A stretch of 64,000 nucleotides of DNA from Eledone cirrhosa (taxonomy: Eukaryota): contig OZ024740.1 of NCBI GenBank assembly GCA_964016885.1, positions 263,810,001 through 263,874,000 on the forward strand, given 5' to 3'. Position numbers and translations under genes: made by a program. Each line of letters starts with the position of its first letter. The stretch's first letter is position 1. The notes below the pieces were generated by a model. That model saw only the letters and a list, made by a program, of their open reading frames with translations. It was not told the DNA's origin and did not search any database. Below are positions 59,192 through 64,000 of this stretch, piece after piece.

Positions 59192-59887
59192 AAACTCATA
59201 CATAAAAATAGACATGTATACGTTTGTTGTGCGTATAATTTTGCGTTTGCGTGCATTTTTGTATTTGGCCGATTTGGATTGGGACAATAGTCTTTGATAA
59301 GAGTTTTTTTTTTTTTCCATTGTATATATGTGCTTGTATGCACATATGTTTGTGTGTGCATCTGTGCATTTCTATGTATGTGTGTTTGTGTGCGACTTGC
59401 TATCGGCTATTTAATCACTGATTTGTGTTAAGATATCAAAAGAAATTCATTGATACATTTTTTTCTTTCGGTATTGTATGAAAATACACGAAGTCCTCTA
59501 CACTTTTTGTTTTTCATCTCTTTCTATCTGCTTTGTATTATAGTGCATTTTGTAATGACGCCTTGTTCGTAAGTGCATTGTTTGCCAGCAGGATTATTCT
59601 AATTATCACATTGGTCATACGAATTTTGCATTAGTTGTTTGCAGCGTGGTATTTCCTAGTTCAAATATTTCTCGTGTAATCATTGTTACTGGACTCCAAA
59701 ATTCCTCTTTTTTTAAACATTCATATAATAGTTTTGATATAATCGTTTATTAGGTTTCCCAAATTATTTTGTATTATATACGTAAATAAGACTGTTATTA
59801 CTCCAACCAGACTACTCCCCTTCAACGACTACGCTGTATATACATACACATATTATATTATACACACACACACGAGCTCACACACAT

Positions 59888-59998
<111 letters not shown>

Positions 59999-60762
59999 GC
60001 AAATTAGCAAGTAGGACCGTCAAATACATACATCCGAATGTAGTTATACCTAGAACGCACGCAAAGTAATAATTGAAAGTGTTAAATTATTTTCTGTTCT
60101 GACTTTTCTTGCGCGCTTTATATACTAACATTATTATATATTTTTATATTATCTGATTGATATCAATATTCTTATCATAATTTTAATAATTCTAACTACA
60201 CATACTAATCTCGGATCGGACCAATCACAACTACTAATCAGAGCAACGCTGTCGCGCCATCGATTTTCCGATAATAGGGGACACGATTCGAAGTAAGAAC
60301 GTATTGAAACGAAAGAAATGTCACAAAGTAACTCGTCAAGTTCCTCAACATCGCCGCCAACCCTTATATATATTAACCCTGAAAATATGAAACATAAAAT
60401 TGACCTCTACTCACACCAAAGAGGAATGAGATTTTATTAAGGGAGTTTTCACTTTCCTTTCGTGTTAACAAAGTTGTGGAGAGATTATCTAACTATTAAT
60501 GAAGAAGAAGCTTACCGAATAGATTTCTCAACATGTATAATTGAGTCCTATGATATAATAATCCAGATGTTAATTCACGATCATTTTCCAGGTTACAATA
60601 ATTAACTGAGAAAGTATAAATCCTTATTTTATGAGAAACAGGCAAGGCGTAAGTAGAAAAACCCATTTAATTACCTAAATATGTTTTTCTATTCAGGCCT
60701 TGCCTGATTCTCCTAACACCCATATCCGCACGCGCGCGCGCGCACACACACACACACACACG

Positions 60763-60892
<130 letters not shown>

Positions 60893-60905
60893 GCACACAC
60901 ACACA

Positions 60906-60960
<55 letters not shown>

Positions 60961-60965
60961 ACACA

Positions 60966-61000
<35 letters not shown>

Positions 61001-61009
61001 TATTCCAAT

Positions 61010-62270
61010 TACAGAAGGATCTCCTTTTCAGACTCACTTGTAAAGTCTATGCTAAGTGTCGGACAAAGATATACCGCTAGATTGTCGAATCCAAGCGAGC
61101 TGATGAGCAGTGCGGTTTTCGCCCTATACGCAGCAGAGCCGACTAAATATTCACACTGCGGCAGGTCTTCGAGAAATTGGGAGAGCATTGACAAGAGGCA
61201 TATTCTTATGTTGTAGACTTCGAAAAGGCATACGACCACGTCCCTCGGGACCTGCTGTGGAAGGTTCTGCAGAAGTAAGGGATTGATGGTCACCTTCTGG
61301 TTGCCCTGATGTCTCTATACAAATGCCCGAGTAATTGTGTCCGAATAAATGGTGATAAATCGAAATAATTCAAAGTGGGTTCGGACTCTATTAAGAGTGC
61401 GCACTCTCACCTTTCCTGTTCATTATTTTCATCAACATGATTGGCATGCGCAGCCGGGTTGGTAGTGGTATCATGATTAAGGGGGTAAAATCAGTCAGCT
61501 GGAAGTTACACACGACATAGTGTTACTTAACTTGACAGAATGTTTTCTCTGACCTGCACTTGATAGGTTTAATGCTGACTGCTTCATGACTGGAATGAAA
61601 ATCAGTGCTGCGAAAACTGAGACACCTGTTCAGTCAAGGTAATCTGAGCAGTGCACTCTACATGTGAATGGAATTCCACTGAAGCAGTTGGGGAAGTTCA
61701 AATATCTCGCGGCCATGTCCACAAGTGATAGAAGGCAGGCGGTTGAAATAAGTGCAAGAATTGCAAAATCTGGTGCATCAATGCGCCAGCTTCATCATTC
61801 AGTAATCAGTGTAAAAGCCAAACTCGCTATCTTCAATTCGGTATTCGTGCCAACCCTTATCTATGTTAATGAATCTAGGGGCATGGCCAAAAGAATATGA
61901 TCCCGAATAGAGACGGCCGAAATGGGGATCCCCGAATGATATATGGAGTAACGTTACTCGGTAGAGTTTGTAGTTTGGATATTAGAGAGTCTCTCTAGGT
62001 AGAGCCATTACTTTTCCGAATAGAGAGTTCAAACCTCCGATACAATGGGAAGTGTTTAGAATGTCTCAGGAAAATATCGCTGGACGGACTTTACGGGCAA
62101 AATCAACCGGAAGGAGACCCAGGGGTAGACCACGAGCAAGATGATTGTATAACGCCCATAAGCTTGTCTGGTCTCGTTTGGGGATCCAGCTGGATCAACT
62201 GGAGAGGGTTGCGTCTCACAGGACCCACTGGAAGGCGTGTTTGAGAAGTCTGCCTACATAAATATCTCAG
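61010..62270 (+). mobile_element. Decayed RTE-clade LINE RT/C-terminal fragment
   Basis: IFTLRQVFEK, VDFEKAYDHVPRDLLWKVL, LKQLGKFKYL, GRRPRGRPR; many stops and frameshifts. Confidence 0.8.
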
Positions 62271-63737
62271 GAATATGTGGACGAAGCGGTATTAGTGAAA
62301 TTCTGAAATCAGAAAATCCCTTCTATTTTATAGTTCCAAACTAACTTATACAATTTTATCATCATTTTGGACAATTCAAACCATTATTAGTTTCCATAAA
62401 TTTTATTGTTCCCTATTTACTGAAATATACACCTGAGATATAAGGTTTCATTCTTCACAGCGGCCGATGACGACTACTTTTTCCGCCTTTCAAAGACTTC
62501 CTCCTATAAGTTATTGTATAGCATCTCCCCGCATGAGAACTCCGTTCTTTATATTTACTTTATCCCTCACGGCTTTGTAAACTTTTAAAAGATCAGCAGA
62601 CGATGTTTGTCAATATTTTAATATTTACTTTTATAGTTGTTTATCTTCAGCTAATCCCAGATTAAGAGGACCATATTATCGAACATGGTGATACATTTTC
62701 TGGACGGTTGAATACTATTTTAGAAGGTCAATCACATTACGCCCATAAAACCTATAAATAAATAAGTAATAGACTAGAATTACTGTAACATTATGGTAAA
62801 TTATTTGTACTTTAATTGTAGCTTTTATATTGTGTATGTTCTATATTCTGATTTTGCAACTGACTTTGGAAACTCAACATCAGGAATGATATAGTGAATT
62901 GGCGATGTGTCATAGTGACCTAAACAGTATTCCGATAATTACAACAGTAATGAGCTTTCTTCTACATTAGGTAAAATTTATGCGAGTCAAAAGAGTATTG
63001 TTTTCATTTAACGATTAAAACTACTGCAATTTTCTGAAATCGCTAATTTCAGTGACAAAGCATGTATTTCAACAATGACACATTTCCACTCCCTCAAAAT
63101 AGAGGTGTTTTATACCTAATTCAGAAGATAATTTTTCTCTGGAATTTCAATTCACATGCTTTATAATATATATTTGTAATTGGAAAAAAATATATAATTT
63201 CACTTCTTAGACATAATATTCCTAACATATAGTTATACAGATGGCCTTATACACATCGCCTTAGGCGTTTTTCTATTGCTAAACCGCTTTATATTTAATT
63301 CATTTACATCAAAGATAGTCTCAATCTTTCTTCCATTTTTTTTCATTTATATATCTACTTATGTTTACATCAATTTTATTTGAAATAAGGAACTATAAAT
63401 TTATGCCAGGCAATTATCGTGATTATTATACTAAGGGTTAATTACGTTCTTAACCCAACTGAACACCCCTGCAATGTAAAAAAGAAAACAATAGTAAAAT
63501 AACAAAATGATGAATGACACGATGAAATGTTCTGCGTGCAATACCAGGCCGCAGTAAGTTAATGACCGAACGTAAAAATTTACCAGATTTTGCAGGAAAA
63601 AAAAAATACGCAACACAAATGCTAACATTTACATGTACACTTTAACACACACATCTCTCTCCCTTTCTCTCTGTCTCTTTTTTTTCCTCTCTCTCTTTCT
63701 TTCTCTCTCTCTATCTCACTCTCTGTCACACACACAC

Positions 63738-63769
<32 letters not shown>

Positions 63770-63852
63770 TATATGTGTATATATGTATATATGTATATAC
63801 ACATATATATATATATATGTATATATATGTATATATATGTATATATATGTAT

Positions 63853-63892
<40 letters not shown>

Positions 63893-64000
63893 CGTAGTTT
63901 AGAAAGCCACAACAATGCAGAGGGAAATCTCGAGGTAGGAAGTGAATGATAGATAGGAGAAATAGGATAAAGTGAAAATTGAGAGAGACAAAGATGAAAA

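Overview
AT-rich, microsatellite-dense animal genomic DNA. The SINE families and (TA)n load suggest a cephalopod such as Octopus, but this is inferred from pattern recognition only. I found no host protein-coding exon; almost all ORF-track entries are microsatellite translations. Recognisable content: a near-full-length decayed Tx1/L1-clade LINE (6.1-11.8 kb, minus), an R4/Dong-like 3' fragment in (TAA)n, several RTE LINE fragments, two large decayed Penelope-like elements (PLEs) plus GIY-YIG remnants, two tRNA-derived SINE families, non-autonomous Helitrons and a 200-N gap. The main observation is a dense set of about a dozen short, non-coding, largely unrelated elements lodged in (TA)n tracts. 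Most are fold-backs (long inverted repeats) or terminally redundant monomers of about 325, 482 and 682 nt. Most carry a hand-foldable type I hammerhead ribozyme or its 3' half (CUGANGA, stem II, GAAA, often palindromic stem III, NUH, stem I). Many of their inversion or truncation breakpoints fall inside or next to the ribozyme. I interpret them as (TA)n-targeted, PLE-mobilised retrozyme-like fold-back elements. All folds and alignments were done by eye, and element boundaries are approximate.
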